Of a stretch of 64,000 bases of DNA, positions 22,501-37,500 are shown piece by piece. The DNA comes from Antedon mediterranea (Eukaryota; Animalia; Echinodermata), in contig NC_092675.1 in assembly GCF_964355755.1 (NCBI RefSeq), forward strand, positions 24,648,912 through 24,712,911. The letters are read 5' to 3'. The notes beneath the pieces were generated by a model, which was not told the DNA's origin, did not search any database, and saw nothing but the letters and a program-made list of their open reading frames with translations. Position 1 is the first letter of the stretch. Every line of letters begins with the position of its first letter. The translations under genes and the position numbers were made by a program.

Positions 22501-25500
22501 ATCGAGGGGTTCACGACATACCGAATGAACGAGTAATCTTTCTTCGGGTTGTCTTCGGCAGGTGCTCATATGGCTCGATGTGTAATGCACCGACTTTGGT
22601 ATCAGAGGTACCGGGATCGAATGCCATCATGGGAAAACAATTAAATAAAAGGATTTATTTGGTTATTACACTGAAAGGGCAGTTTTAATTTTGAATAGGC
22701 TACTTTTTGGAAAAGACATAACTGAAAAGTACTTGAATGCGCAAGATACGTTTTGTTGCGGGCGGATAACCAAACTCGTCCTCAAGTGACGAGTTCAGAT
22801 CTAGTTTGTTATATAATACAACCTACTGTTTTAAAATAAACTTTTGTTTAATTAATCCATCTTGAATCATCATCTAATGCCAGGTCGGGAAGCTAGGCTG
22901 GGAAGCTAGGCCAATAAAAAAGGCAGCGCTCAATCTGGACGCTGGTTAGAAAATATAGATGGTGCATACTACAGGTTAATTTTCGAATGCAGGCGACAAC
23001 CTTAACATTTTTTTAAAGGTGCAATAGTGCTGTTCATTCATACTTAGTACGGTTCATTTTATTATGCACAAATGAAAGGCATGTAATGCGTAATTAACCA
23101 ATCAATTGGCAAGGATACACTCAGGTGTGCTACATACCCCTTCTCTCAAAATTATATTATGGTGGAATCTCTATTGGGGTATAAAAGTATAAGTTTGATC
23201 CCAATAAAACGTTTTACAATAACAATGTTAAAATGTATACAATGGAAAATTCCAAATGAAATACACTAGATTTACTTTTATGATTGTTATATTTTTCCTT
23301 ACCAAGAATATTTTCATGACGCATAATGACAGTTTGATATATTTCTGTTTCTCTGTACCAATTGGCCTCCTCTGCTGTGTGGTAAATCTTAACTGCAATT
23401 GGTTCACCGTGCCATCTACCCAACCAAACCTCCCCAAACCGTCCTTTACCAATGGATTTTACTAATTGAACTTGCTTAGCTATCGTGCGTTGAACCTGAA
23501 CCAAATTTAAAATCAATGATTATTAGAAAGATGTGGGATTCTCTTATTATGTGGTAGATATAAGAACTGATGATATTAAAGCATAGGATAACCAACATGT
23601 AGTTGACATTTTTCTATATATTATTCAAAGATTTTGTTACCAAGATGAGGTACAAACATTTTCCGTACAAGATGAGGTTACATTATTAATATTAGTCTCT
23701 TTTTATATGAGAATTACATATGATTATTATTATGAAGAAAATAATGATAAAAAGATGAAAAGAATTATGATTTAAATGAATTATAGATAATGTTTACTAT
23801 TAATCAAGGTTGGTGTTGTGTTTTCAAATTTTATTTCATACGATTTGTTTTACTTGTATTATTTTTAATATTAATGTTTTTTTTGTCTATTTCTACAATT
23901 CATCAACACTTACAAGTAGAGGAAGACCAGAGCCACTACCAGATGACTGCGATCTATCAAGTAATTCTTTAAGCGTTTCCCCTGCAGGGATTAGATGAGT
24001 GTTTTGCTTGGCCGCTTCGTAATCTTCACGTAGTGTTTGTTCTCTCCGTTGATATCTACAAAAGAATTGTGAGCATACATAATTTATGATATCTGATATT
24101 TGGACAAGCATTGTCGCCAGCAAATATTGTACAATGCAGCATTGTATGTTTAACTGGAAAACTATAAAATGAAAATTAAAGCTAGTTTATCATAACAATA
24201 TGAACATTAAATAATAAACAACAATTAAACAAATAATAAGGTAACCGAAACATTATGTTTGAATGTTATGCAGTCAGCATAGCAGAAATACACAGCTAGT
24301 AATAAAGACTATAATCATTTAAAACTCTCTAGTTATCAGTTTTGAAATTACATCAAACCTGCTGACATTGATATCGTAACCACCCACCGTGTGAATATAA
24401 CCACTTCCCCATCTCCCACCCCAACTTCCCAACCACTGTCCAACAAATCAATACAAAAATGTATACTTTCCAATCTTCTTGATAGAGACTAGAAAGTATA
24501 CCGAAGATCTGAAAAACACTTTCAGATTTTAAAATGCTTGAAAAAATATTAGGTTAAAAAAACACTCCAAATGTTTATATTAATGTATATTTACAAAGAA
24601 TGGTGAAAATTTAATTGATTATCACTCATTTAATAGTGATTTAGCATCATAAACTTTATGTTTATTTCTAATGTCTGCCGGTGCAGATTGTCTACAAACT
24701 ATACACAAGTGACAAGTAGCAGGTAATAATAGCCAACTACCTATAGATTATTATCAATTGAACAGACAATCTATCAATTGATTAAGAAATCAATCAAGCA
24801 TCACAACAGACATATTTTAACAATTAAAATTAATATACAAGCAATAACCTCTGGCATTGATAAAATCAAAAGTTCATCCCTAAAACTAAAGACCACAGTG
24901 AAATCCAAGTAGTGATATAAACTTTTCAGAAGGTCCCTATAGTATTTAACATCATAAGGTTTCTACACCCCTGGGAACAGAATCTCTGGAGATAATTGCA
25001 GTTGCATTTAATGCTATTATCCAGTTAACATATCATGTGAAATAGTATCTATAAATGTATAGTGCCATACACAGAAATGTCCTATAAATGTTAACAACCT
25101 TTTGTTATCACACTGAATGCAGATACTGTAGACAAGATCTTTCTTTCTGATCTTGTCAACACTAAATGTTTGAGGTAATACTCTATTCATTGCATGGAGT
25201 AAAGTTCATTGCTATAATACTACTAAAATTACACAGTAATGTATAGGAAAGAATAGGAATAAAAATTTGACTTTCGCGATTTTTCGACTTACGCGAATTC
25301 GACTTAGGAGGAGAATTCGACTTAGGAGGAGTCGACTGTATAATATTGAGACTGCGGAATGCACAATGTAGTGTAAACTATATAGATAGTGATAGATTTG
25401 AATGAGTTTCTAGAAGCCCCAAGCAGGTTGATATTTTATCGTTTTTAATTTGTAAAAGGTAATTACTGTAGTAAAATTGAACTTAGCTGCTCAGTTTTAA

Positions 25501-28500
25501 TCATTACTACATATTGCATATTTGTATATTCTAATTACAGATTTGTAGACTGCTATCACAGTATGTTACACTAGTACAAGCTATATAATAATGCATATAT
25601 TGTTCAAGACAATTGTGTGGGAACATACGGGTGTATAAATGGGTACCTGGTCAGGTCAAGACACAACTTTGTGCCGATTACTTGCCGCATTATAGGAGTA
25701 TGTTTTCATACGTGTTTGATCCAAAAAATGGCCAGGGTAATAATGTGAGGCGTTTAGAAGCATTGTGCAATTACTGCTAATAAGAACGTCACGCTTTTAA
25801 CAATGATTTCAAATTGAACAAAATATTAATTAAGAGTAATTTATCATACTATGTAAAGTACAGTTTAGCCTACTTATTAGTATAATTATCAATTATTATG
25901 ATTGAAGACGTAGCAGTGCTGATGGCTTCAGTGATCCTGATAAATGATGTCGTCAATATTTTAAATTTCTGGGAATGTCCCCAGCTGATAACATGGTAAT
26001 AAATGCTGTCCATCTAGATATAGTGGGACTTCGGATGGCAGAGTTGACATGGAAAATTTGCACACCAGTCCTTCAAATTTAAAATGTTATTGAGTGCTGT
26101 TCAGTTGTGAATGGCCGACTACAGTAGTTCTAGTTTTCAGGTGCCAGAAACATGTTACGGGTGCTTAAAAATGTTGTTAACACTAGCCATATAATCTGAA
26201 ACACTTTGAAAATTATAATAAACTACTGTACAGCACTGAAAGTTCATGATTAGATTGTGTTTGAATAATCTCGCTGGCCAGATAGTGAGCAGAGAATCAT
26301 ATTAATGTGTAGGGGTCAGAATCCTGAAAAGTTTATGTACAGTGTAAGGGCACCAACCCCTTTTTGAACTTAAATTGTTTCAGAGGCCACATACAATTTA
26401 GTAAAGTGTTCTTCTAAATGACAATTATACTTTTACTACAAAGTATCAAAACTGCATGTAGTATTTCTTTTTCCCAACACTATTGTCACCAATGGAGAAA
26501 TAAGCAATAAAATATGCAACCTTTTGGAGGTACAAAGCTATAAATAATACTATAGACAAACTAAACATTTATTGGGCATGATGGAATGGTGAAACATGAT
26601 CAGCATACTACTACAGTGTACAACAGACTCGTTATTAGTACGCAAGCTTTAACAGTCCATAATACTAATGCATTCATTAGCAATGTCCTAATAATGCCAT
26701 CGTTTATGTTAATATTAAAGCATGTACAATAACCATAACATATGCTTTGCAATTTTCTATCAGAGCAACTAGGCGATAACTAGATTGCTTAAATCTATGG
26801 GATTGTCAATTTGTCATCTTGGCTGACTCATCAATGGGATTACTACTTCAAAATCAAATGATACAAAAGTTTGTATATAACTGTTTAGCATGCACTTATA
26901 GTTAAGGCCAAAATATTGTCATAAAAAGTTTCAAAGCCTTCTGATTGAGTTAAAACATTTAATATCAAACCCACGTTTTATGCATTTTAAAAAACATTTG
27001 AGGGCATCAGTAAGGTAGTGTTCAGACATAAAACCAATAACATGTGTAAGTTAAGTTCCTTTAGGAACAAATTTAGACAAAGCGTTTGGACAAATAAAAC
27101 ATGTGTATAGTAAACTGAATGAAATTTACCCAGCAAGATCATATATCATGTTTAAGTGACCCCAGTTAAAATTGTACTGTGATCTCATGTGCGACAGCGA
27201 GGCCATAGAACCTGTGTACCGAGTCTGTTTTATATGTTGTTTTCATTTTGTTACCAGACTTCAGCAACCGGTGAAAAGAAGACCGTCAAAACAACAAAGT
27301 GGAGCAATCACGTTTGGTCTTAGCTAAGCCTAGGCTACATCCAAAAATCATCTTTTTACTTATCACTCAGATTCTTGTGGCTTGCGGTTTAAGGTGTAAT
27401 CCAGCAACTTCGGTGAATTTTTTAAATAGCTCTTTATCCAAGGGGATCATGCACGCGACTATTTACTATTCATGTGTAATTCTAAAGTCAAACAGGTCCT
27501 AACAAAAGTTTACCAAGGATAACAATACATACAGTATTTATCTAGTAATAATCTAACTTATAATATGAAAATGTTATTTCTACTTCCATGGTGGAAGTGG
27601 GTCTTCCTGGCATCACCACTGGTATAATCCTGTATTAACAATCATTATTGAATCATCCAGCTAAATAAAATTGGTGTGTGAAAGTCTATGAGAGCAGCTT
27701 AAACACAAAAATCAAAAAGTCTATATTCTCCGAAGAATGAAAAAAAAAAAAAAACGATGAGGACTATACCATTAATACATAGATAGGTTTTGATACATCT
27801 GTCATCAAAAGGAATGTACTAATTGTGAATCTATCATAAATAATTAAGGCACAAAATAGACAAATGGACTTGTTTTAAACAATTCATTAAATAAAACATG
27901 TGCAGAATCACATGTGTATGTCAAAATAATGTTGTATATTTTGTGAATAAAAAAAAATCTAAAAGATTAGTGATAATTAGCAGTAGTAATTCACTTACAA
28001 AGTCAATACATTTACAAATTATCCACCATAACATCAGGATAATTTTACAACAAATAAATTAACTGGTTAGGAATCTATTTATTTATAGTTAACAAATTAA
28101 CAATAATGCAAATACTAAACAAATAAAACCTACCTGAGGTATATGCAGCCCGTGATCAATACAAATATTAAGAAACAAACAATGATTGAAACAAATAACA
28201 CAATTTTATGCAGACTGGTAATATGACTTGGTACAACAGGAGGCGCTGAAAAAACAAAATTACCCGATTCAATTGGTATGATCAGTGGTACAAAAATAAC
28301 AGAATTTTCATGATAATGCTATTTAGTGTAATCTATTATAAGAGAACTTTTACCAAATAGAGCAGAGTAATATTCCATGTCACATCAACTATTTTCTCAA
28401 TTTCTCATTAAAAAAATTGATTTTGGTTGTTAAATGATGGTTAACCAATTTCCAAAAGAGATTGAGGAAAATACTTTGGGTGCGAGACCTAATGCATCAC

Positions 28501-31500
28501 ACACAATTTTCAAAATGGGTCTGTTTCTGCTGCATAGCACCAAATAAACTGCTTCTTTCAAAATAGAAATTCTGTGAAATTTATGCTCCAAAATGAGCCG
28601 GCGATGTTCGCATTACCCAAAATGCAAAGGGCTATGGCGGTTAATTCAAACATTATTGTAGTGTTTACTCAAGGTTTTTTTAGTTCCAGCTAAAAGTTCA
28701 AACAAACATATTAGGCGTTATTTTTATGCTGCTATTAAACTGTTACTGAAAATTTGTTCCGTTTCTGCAGGCGAAGAAATTGGGATAATTTATTCACATA
28801 ATTAATAACTGGTTATTATTTCGCAGCAGAAACAGGACCGATGTTTACTCTCCATTATAGAATCTTTGATCCAATTGTATGCCATTTTCACACATTTTGT
28901 TATTTTCCCCCCAAAAAAGTAGGTCACAATGTACGTACTGTATATGAAATTATCTAGGTTGTTTTAAAATCTTACATTATTTTATTATATTATGTTATCT
29001 CTAACCATTACAATTTTATTTTCATAACATCAATTTGAACCTTTCTTTTCAACACTTCTATTCATGTGAATATTGATAATTACCCAATAAAAATGATTTA
29101 ATCATTCTGTTATTATTATTATCACTACTCATTATATTTATGTATTAAGCACCATTAGAGTGTATTGATAGATACATTAACTTTATTAACATTATTTTTT
29201 TATGAATGTAATAATTGTAAAATCGTAACTGAAGGTCAAGAAAGTCAATTTGAGTATTATTTATAAAAAAATAATGTAGGGCATTCTATTTAAAGAGATA
29301 ATTCAGCAATTGGATTTACAATAACTCTGCCTTAAAAACTACATTCAATGCTTAACAAAAGACTTATTCTGTATTATAACAAGTTGAACATTTGATATCA
29401 AATTGTTGTTTTGTATTTATTGAATAGCAAGAATAAATATATTTATTTGGGATAGCCCAACCCTTCTATTCAACTCAGCCTCCTTGATGAATAGAACAGT
29501 AAATCTCATTAAAAATTCTCCTCATTCAACTTGTCAATATTTTGTACAATTAGGCCATTGTTTTAATTTTATTTCAACAAGCCAACAATTTTAACAACTA
29601 AACTTGCTTGACAAAAAATGCAAATCAATTATGTATAATGTTAATTGGTGCTGTGAATACCTCTCTTGGGGAACATAGTGCAGTATTTACATAAAAACCA
29701 ATCAACCTTGTATTTTTCAATCTGCATTTCTGTATTAATATGCAAAAGACTTAGAATGCACAAACAAAGATAATATTATAAATGTGAGCAATAAATCTCA
29801 TGAGATATGTTTCTTTGAGGCTATTATAAAGTCATTACTGTGAGCCACATGTTCATATATTTTGATATAAACTTAAGTGCAATACAGTTTTTAACTTTAA
29901 TACTAAAACTGTAGAGTAGAGCTTATTGTATTGAAGTTATTTCAAATATATTATTATGTTAATTTAAGCATAAATAAATAATTTTCTATCTACACAGTAA
30001 AACAATAATTAATATTCATTACTGCAGTAACTCATTTTTTTATTGCAACAATGCAATGATGGTTTTTGTTTCTTTCAATGTAGAAGTTACCATAAAAATT
30101 ATTGTACTAACAGGTTGAAGAAAAAAGCTACAGTACGATAAAACATTCAAACATTTTTATTTCACAGTACTTACGTTGTGTTGGAGGCCTTTTAGTTGAT
30201 GGTGCTAATGTAGGCTCCAGATATACATTACAATAACTTCTATCATTGCAGCAATGTATTTGCCTAGGAATCGAGTGATCTGTTCCAGAGTCAGACATGC
30301 ATTGCATGTAGCCTGTTTCTCCTGGGTCTAGACAACCCATAGATCTTAAACAAAAAGAAGTTGTTACAAAAAATGAATAGCATTATTTTCATTGTTAGAA
30401 ATAAAGACATCAAATTCAAAGTATCCGGTAAATCAGTATACATTTCCTAAAATGTTGTAGCCAAGACCGTTGTACTGTAGTGTAAAACAAGCTATATGGT
30501 GTAAGACTGATGTGGTGTACGCAAGCCATGCAATCTAAAGCTGCCATGGCTTACGCAAGCCATATGGCGTAAAGGCCAGACGAGCTGTAACGGTAAAGCG
30601 TTAAAGGTAATCGGAAAATGCAAAAATAGAATCTATTTTATTTCTTATGATCATTTACACAGAACGCGAAGAGAACGAGCAGTTCAGCGGAAAATCCGAT
30701 CAGGATAGAAACAGATCCGCTTTTGTGAAAATACAGCGCGGTAATTATGGATTCTGGCCAACCAATGACATGATTGAAATGATGTCATCTCTCAACAACT
30801 TTTTTTTGCGCGAGTCCATCGAGTCAAAGAGGACAATAAATACGAGTGCCGTAGTAGGCCTAGCCTAGTTTTGGAACTTCTTATTATTCAGAAATACAAA
30901 CAACTACGACTTTTGATTTTTGTATTTAAGGATAGTGAAAAGAAAATATACATTTAGGACGTTATTAGGCAACAAGTCCCTCTAAAACCTAGGCCTGTGT
31001 GTGCTAGGCCTACTGACAAATCAGTCACATCTAGATCAGCATTGACTTTAACATGCATTACCCTTGAGGCCTACAAGTACCTACTTTCCACCAGTCCACT
31101 CGCAAATTCTGCGCGCTGTGTAAATGGGACAAGCCACGCAGTTTTCCGCTTACAATTACCGCTTACCATTACCAAATCGTCTGTGTAAATTGGCCTTAAG
31201 GATGGTATGGCTTAACGTTACGTGCCTTAATGACCAAAATTTGCCATTAATAATGGAAATTAAGGGGTTTCATTCTGCTCGAGGATCAGATTGTACCATT
31301 TACTTACTACTGTACTTTACAGTAATTAAGAAAATTTCCAGTAAAACAAAATATACATACTGTAGAAAAGATAATATACTATAAAACATACCTAATTGGC
31401 ATTTTAGGCTCACTGCCTTCTTCATAGGCTTGAAGATGTGCAAAACATCGTCCACCTGGCTTTGGTTTGCATGTTTCATTTTGAGCATGTTCTGGACAGT

Positions 31501-34500
31501 GTTCATTACAGGCACATATTAGGTCAGAAAAGACATTTGCTAGAAATTAAAAAAAATAACATTCAAGGTAGATTTAATTATTTAATTTTTTATTATTTTT
31601 GAACAAAATTATAAACAAAACACATAATGTGTTAATTAAAATAACTTTTAATTGTATTTTTAAATGAAGTTAAAGATATTTGAAACAAAATTACCATACA
31701 CACTATTACTCAAGTATTATCAGTAAATACAGAACTGTGTAGTATGGAAGTGCAGTCCAATTATGAATGTAAGGAAAGGTAAATACTATCCTACAGAAAA
31801 ACTATGCAAAATTATAATGTGACCTTAAAATACGGCCCTGGAACCACTGATAAACGCAATAATTATGAAAAAGTAACGACCAAAACAACGAAAAAAATCT
31901 GCTTCCGGGGTTTCTTACAAGCATTAAAACACAGCGTGGTGGTCTTTTGTATTAATGACGTACCAAGAAACACAATGCACTGTCAGGTCAGAAAAATGTG
32001 AGCATGCGCAGAACTTACAGGATGTGTAAAAAGTGACATTTTCTATTTAATACGGAAATGTTTTATCACAGACAAAGTAAACTTGCTTGGCACACTAATG
32101 TGTAGAAACCAAAGAAATAAAATTGAATGTCTTAAAAACATCAAATTAGTGAATAGTGCATATAGAAAATAACACTACAGTAGCTGTGTGAAGGTCAGCC
32201 CACCAGGTGATGATCAACCTATAAGCCAGGCTCAACATCATACACCTACAACAACAAGCTTGATCACATTTCTCAGAATATATCATTATAGTCAATATCT
32301 CATGAACGTTGAATTCAAACTTGAAAATCTGACATCCAACATGATACCATTGAGGTACTGTATAAATTAATACTGAAGGGAGATCATGGAATTAATGCAA
32401 GAAGATCTGTCATGTTTCCTGAAATTCTAACTTGGTCAATTTCTTGGGCTCTTGAAAAACATAATTACCGTATCATTATTAGTATTGTGCAAAACAATAC
32501 TGATTGTACAGTACTATTACTGTAAAAAAAACAAGGCTGTTGAATGTTGTTGAACTAAGATACTTTTAATTTCCTACACATTATTATTCTAGTTGACCAT
32601 AAAATGTTTAATGATTGATATTAACAGAAAGCCTGGCATTACATAATTATATACGTTAAGCAGACGTTAAGCCTGTTTTCGTGTCGACGTTATTCGACGC
32701 TATCGTTAACAATAATCGGCGATCTCTTACGTAAACATTGAAATATTAATGATTTACTTACAGGGAAAGGTACTCGATATCGTTATCATTTCAACTTGAT
32801 CGTTTTCAAACGATCGTCGTTGAACTGTTAACGATCAACGACGATAGCGATGAATAAGGTCGACAGGAAAAGGGCTTTAATTGTACATTTTATTCAAAAC
32901 AACCTTTAGAAAGTAATGTTTAATAATTATCAACATAATTGAACACATTTTGTATAGGCATATTGAAAGCCGTATGGTTCTATTTTTATAACATGTGTTT
33001 GACGTACATAAAAGAGTACAACATCACTTAAAGGATATTTGATGAACACCACCCTTCTGTGTTTACGCGTCCATTAACATCTTGAAAGAAGAGCTTTCCA
33101 ATGCGTTAACTAGCAACAATACCCTTCACAGAGTACTACAGATCCAATAATCATAGCTCGGGTAAGCAGTCTATCCATTAGAATTTCCATCCACCATTAT
33201 TGCTATGAGCGACGAGTAAAATCAAAATTCACAATTATATGATGAAATCTACGCAAACTGGTGGCATTGCTACTGTACGACCATCATCATTTAATTACTT
33301 GTAAACCTAATGTAGCATTCTCTAATGATTGATCTCAATGTATTTCTATCAGTACTGTTGGCCTTTCTATATGTCAGTGAGTGTACTAGCCTGTATTTCC
33401 TTCAATTTAATTTGACATGATGTTAAATAGTATTATTAGAGTACAATAATTAGTAAAGGTTAGTTTAACTTATTATTATAGTTCATTATTCAGCAGCACA
33501 AACATTGTGACAGCAATCTTCCCTTTGTGTATGGACTGATCAAGGATACTCAAATGTTGAATTACAGTACTGTATCTCTTGTGAACGCATTTATATTTGC
33601 TAGTGCATTTTCAACATGAACTGTTACTTTACATATCAGGCCTACAATATAAATTGGGGATTTGTCATCACCATAATCAAAATAACAAGATGTAGCACCA
33701 ATGTATACCAAAATTATTTAGATCTCAAATCAAATCATAGATCATAATAGCCTAATTCAAACTTGAACCCACAGTATTTTAGGGCCTACTCTGAGAACTA
33801 CAGTGTATGCTTGGTTAAACACACTGACTCAGTAGGACAATGGAAAGCAATGACAATAAAAACCCAAAGAGCTTGTTTGGTTTCATTGGAATGTCTACCT
33901 GCTGTTCTGCAGTGCTGTTTCACAAAGCCTTGCTTTTCTGTACTACTACTGCCACTGTACAACCCAAAATGTTCAAGGGCACTTTAATCAAATTTATAAA
34001 CTTCACTCTTGACTCCTCCACACATAAAATAATCTACTGTACCACTGGATTGAATTTTGCTTGTTTTTTATATTAAAGTAACCATGAACTAACATATTAA
34101 AATTTTTAGTGTACAGAAAGTGTATATATCAGCCAGTGTGGCCACAAGATGAGAGCTTATTTATTACTGTATTTTTTTTATAGCTGAGGGCCTGTTTCTA
34201 AAAGCATGTAAATTGTCATTTCAATCATTAAACCATAATATAATCCATAATTTCTATTTTCTTGTGTACTGTAAGTAATACAACTAGCAATATATTATGG
34301 ATATGTCATGTAACAAAAACAGATTATTCCACTGGTAGTAACCTTCTTCAAATTTAATTATCAACCTGGATGGCTTTTACTTACAAAAGTTCATAAATAT
34401 TGTAAATAATGGCTGTAATTTAAACATGTTGTTAATTACTGTACAAAGTACTACTGTATATAATTTGTCTAGACAGTAAATAGCCATTAATAATGTATTT

Positions 34501-37500
34501 AATAAAGACTGGATGAGCTACTGTATATTGAAAACTTAATAAAAGACAGCACATTTGTCACCATGACAACTTCAAATTAAACGGTTTTTTTTCAATCTTG
34601 AAACATATTCTTGCTCAAGAGTTGCATTGATGAAAGTGAGAGAGAAATCACTAACACCTAGTTGATAATACATGATTACTATCATGATGGCTGTGAATTA
34701 GTAACTGTACAGGCCTTTTCTTTTTAAAATTGTAGGTGTGCTACAAATTGTACTCCTCAATACATTCAGGGGTGCTGTACAAGTGTGCTGTTTGTATTTT
34801 GGTTTGTAGAAGTTTACCAAATTCAAGTGTGTTGTACAGCAAATCACACTCTTTAAGGGCAGTTTAGGAGTTAGGTGAGTGATCGCACTCGCTCACCTCA
34901 AAAGAAAAGGCCTGCTGTATTCACCCCCCCCCCCTCCCTCCCCCCTTGAAAAATAAAATTGTGTCCATACTGAGTGTCAGTGATGTGCTCATTCCTTCCT
35001 TACAACCACATAGTTGAAACATAAATGAATACAGTAGTTAAAAAAACTACAGTAAGAAGCAACAGAAATATCATGAAAGGATGACAACGCTAAACTACAG
35101 TATGTTTTTTGAACATATTTTAAAACCTTACCTCTTTTAAAAAACCTATTTTAATTGATCATTACAAATACACTGATTGATCTACATTCAAATCTAGAAC
35201 ATGGTGCAGTTGTGTACAGTACCTTGAATGCCTGAACGAATGCCTTACCGTAATCCAAATTAAGCCTATTTAAAGAACAATTGGTTTTAATCGCAGGGTC
35301 CTACGAGTCTAGTCAACATGGCCTCTAAACTGTTAAAATCTTAATGTTTTAAACGCTAATGCTCAATGGTGAAAATGAGTAAAAATAACCCAAACCATGA
35401 GCTTTAAAATTAGTTTTACACAAACTATAGACAAATAAGAGAATGATTTGTAAAGAATAATCCAATCCGCTGAGCTACTGTATTAATGCTATTATATTAG
35501 GTGTTGTCACACTTTTTTACTGTACAACTATGGACTGTACTATCTTGCTGTGGCCCTATAGTGATTTTCAAATCAACCATTGTTCTTTATATAGCTAGTG
35601 TTCCTTCTTTCTTGATCAATTTACCTGGCAACTTGGTTAATTTGGCCAAATTAAGTCCAGTGCAATCGGGGAACAACATCAAATGTAATAAAACAGATAA
35701 TACTTTTTAAAATGTGGTTTATTCAGTTATAAAAAAAATGACCTGGGATGAGACACATTTATTTTCATTCAAGTAGTCAATTGAATGTTTATTGAAATGT
35801 TTATATATAGTATTTTTATGTAAAAAATGAAGTACAGAATTATAATATGCCCTAATTATAATCTCATCCAAGCTCATCATACAGATATTAAATTAATACC
35901 TGTAGCATAGGTATACAGTTACTATATTTTCTAAATTTAAATTTAATTTATATTTTATTTAATTCTAGGACACTGTTCACAAAGGTACATTACTTTTTAA
36001 AGCCATCGTACACTGCAACAACTTGACAGTCTTAGCACTTGCTTTGTTCCTTCAATGTGTTAAGTGCATGTGATTATGTTCAATTAAGTGATGATGCTTA
36101 ACTTTCTAAAGTGGTCAAACAGCTTAAGCTTACTACTGCATTGCATTATGCTTATTACTATACACTGTTTGATTTCTATACTATAGTACACAGACGACTG
36201 TACTAAACTAAATTCAAATCTCTGCTTCCAACGAAAGGTATAATTTATATTTACTTAGAAATATTTCAATTCAATTCAATTTCTTTTTATTTCGGAAATA
36301 TCATCCATATTAATAAACAGAAAAAGAAAAATTGTAAACTCTAAACTTAAGTTTATAGAATGCTTCTCCATCTACAATACATTTTGGAGTTAACTAATAT
36401 TAATTAATAAAACCAGCTACAATTTCTTCATAGCAAATTTGAAGATTTTCATTTATTATAATCTTACAATACAGTACTGTATATCAAGAGCTGGGGGGGG
36501 GGGAGGGAGGGGTGGAGGAAGGAAATGAAGAGAAAATAAAGAAAAAGAAAATACGGTACAGTGTTACTGTAGATTAAAGGCACAAGTGTGACCATAGAGA
36601 GATTCACTATCTACTGTCTAGTGCACGACAGAAATTGTAGTTTAAAAATAGACCATACTCATTAGTACAGGTATAAAATATACAATTAATTTATTTAAAC
36701 TTATGCAGCTCAAACTAATGAAATGTATGAACTGTCAAACCTGACATATTATATCAAAACAGGCAAGGTGTTTATCAAATGACAGGTCTTCACTTCACTA
36801 CAAATTCAGTATGATACTGAACGGTCAAATTGGAATTATCGAATTCACTTGATTGCTTGCGGTCTGCACTGTAGCCTAAAGCAAACGACAGAATGTTATC
36901 ATGTGATCACATTAGCATAATACAGTACTACGTGAATTAATCGTTTTCCATCACATTTATTATCGTCTCAAGTCTATTTGGTTTATTGTAATAAAATTAA
37001 ATTAATTTTCAAAAGGGGGAAAATGATCTTGAATGAAAAGCAATACTGTGGGTGCAGTAACATTAATTAGTTCAATGGATTTAAGATAATGAATTGGTTG
37101 GTACAGTACCAATTTATATCACTGTAATAATACTGAACAGATTCAAAATAAATGCGTACAGTATACTGTAAATGTACTGTACAGTAACAGGTTTACTGTT
37201 TAAGAATGGTTTTGCTTCCTACAGATTGTATATGCTGCATATGTACACAACACAGTCCAGTAACTCATCTGTAGGCCTACAGTAGGTCACCTGCTACAAC
37301 ACTTTTATTCATTACAAACGCGCAAGTAACCTGATTATCCTACAGTACATACTGTACGATGCTACGACAGAGTGATGCATCAACGATCTCGGTGAAATCA
37401 CCAACCAATCAAATTGGTTACTGTATGCCAAGTGATACTTTGTAACAAAAACAAAACAAAACACTACTAAAATTTAGATACAATTTAACTATAACACTGT

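Noticed and set aside
25268-25340. TTCGACTTAGGAGGAG direct repeats ending GTCGACTGTA
   Set aside because: Probably a lone pogo/Tigger-type terminal fragment; no partner TIR found, so it is not reported as an element.
33110-33200. Alternative signal-peptide first exon for BMPR1 ([23 protein letters not shown], minus strand)
   Set aside because: No convincing phase-1 splice donor; insufficient support.
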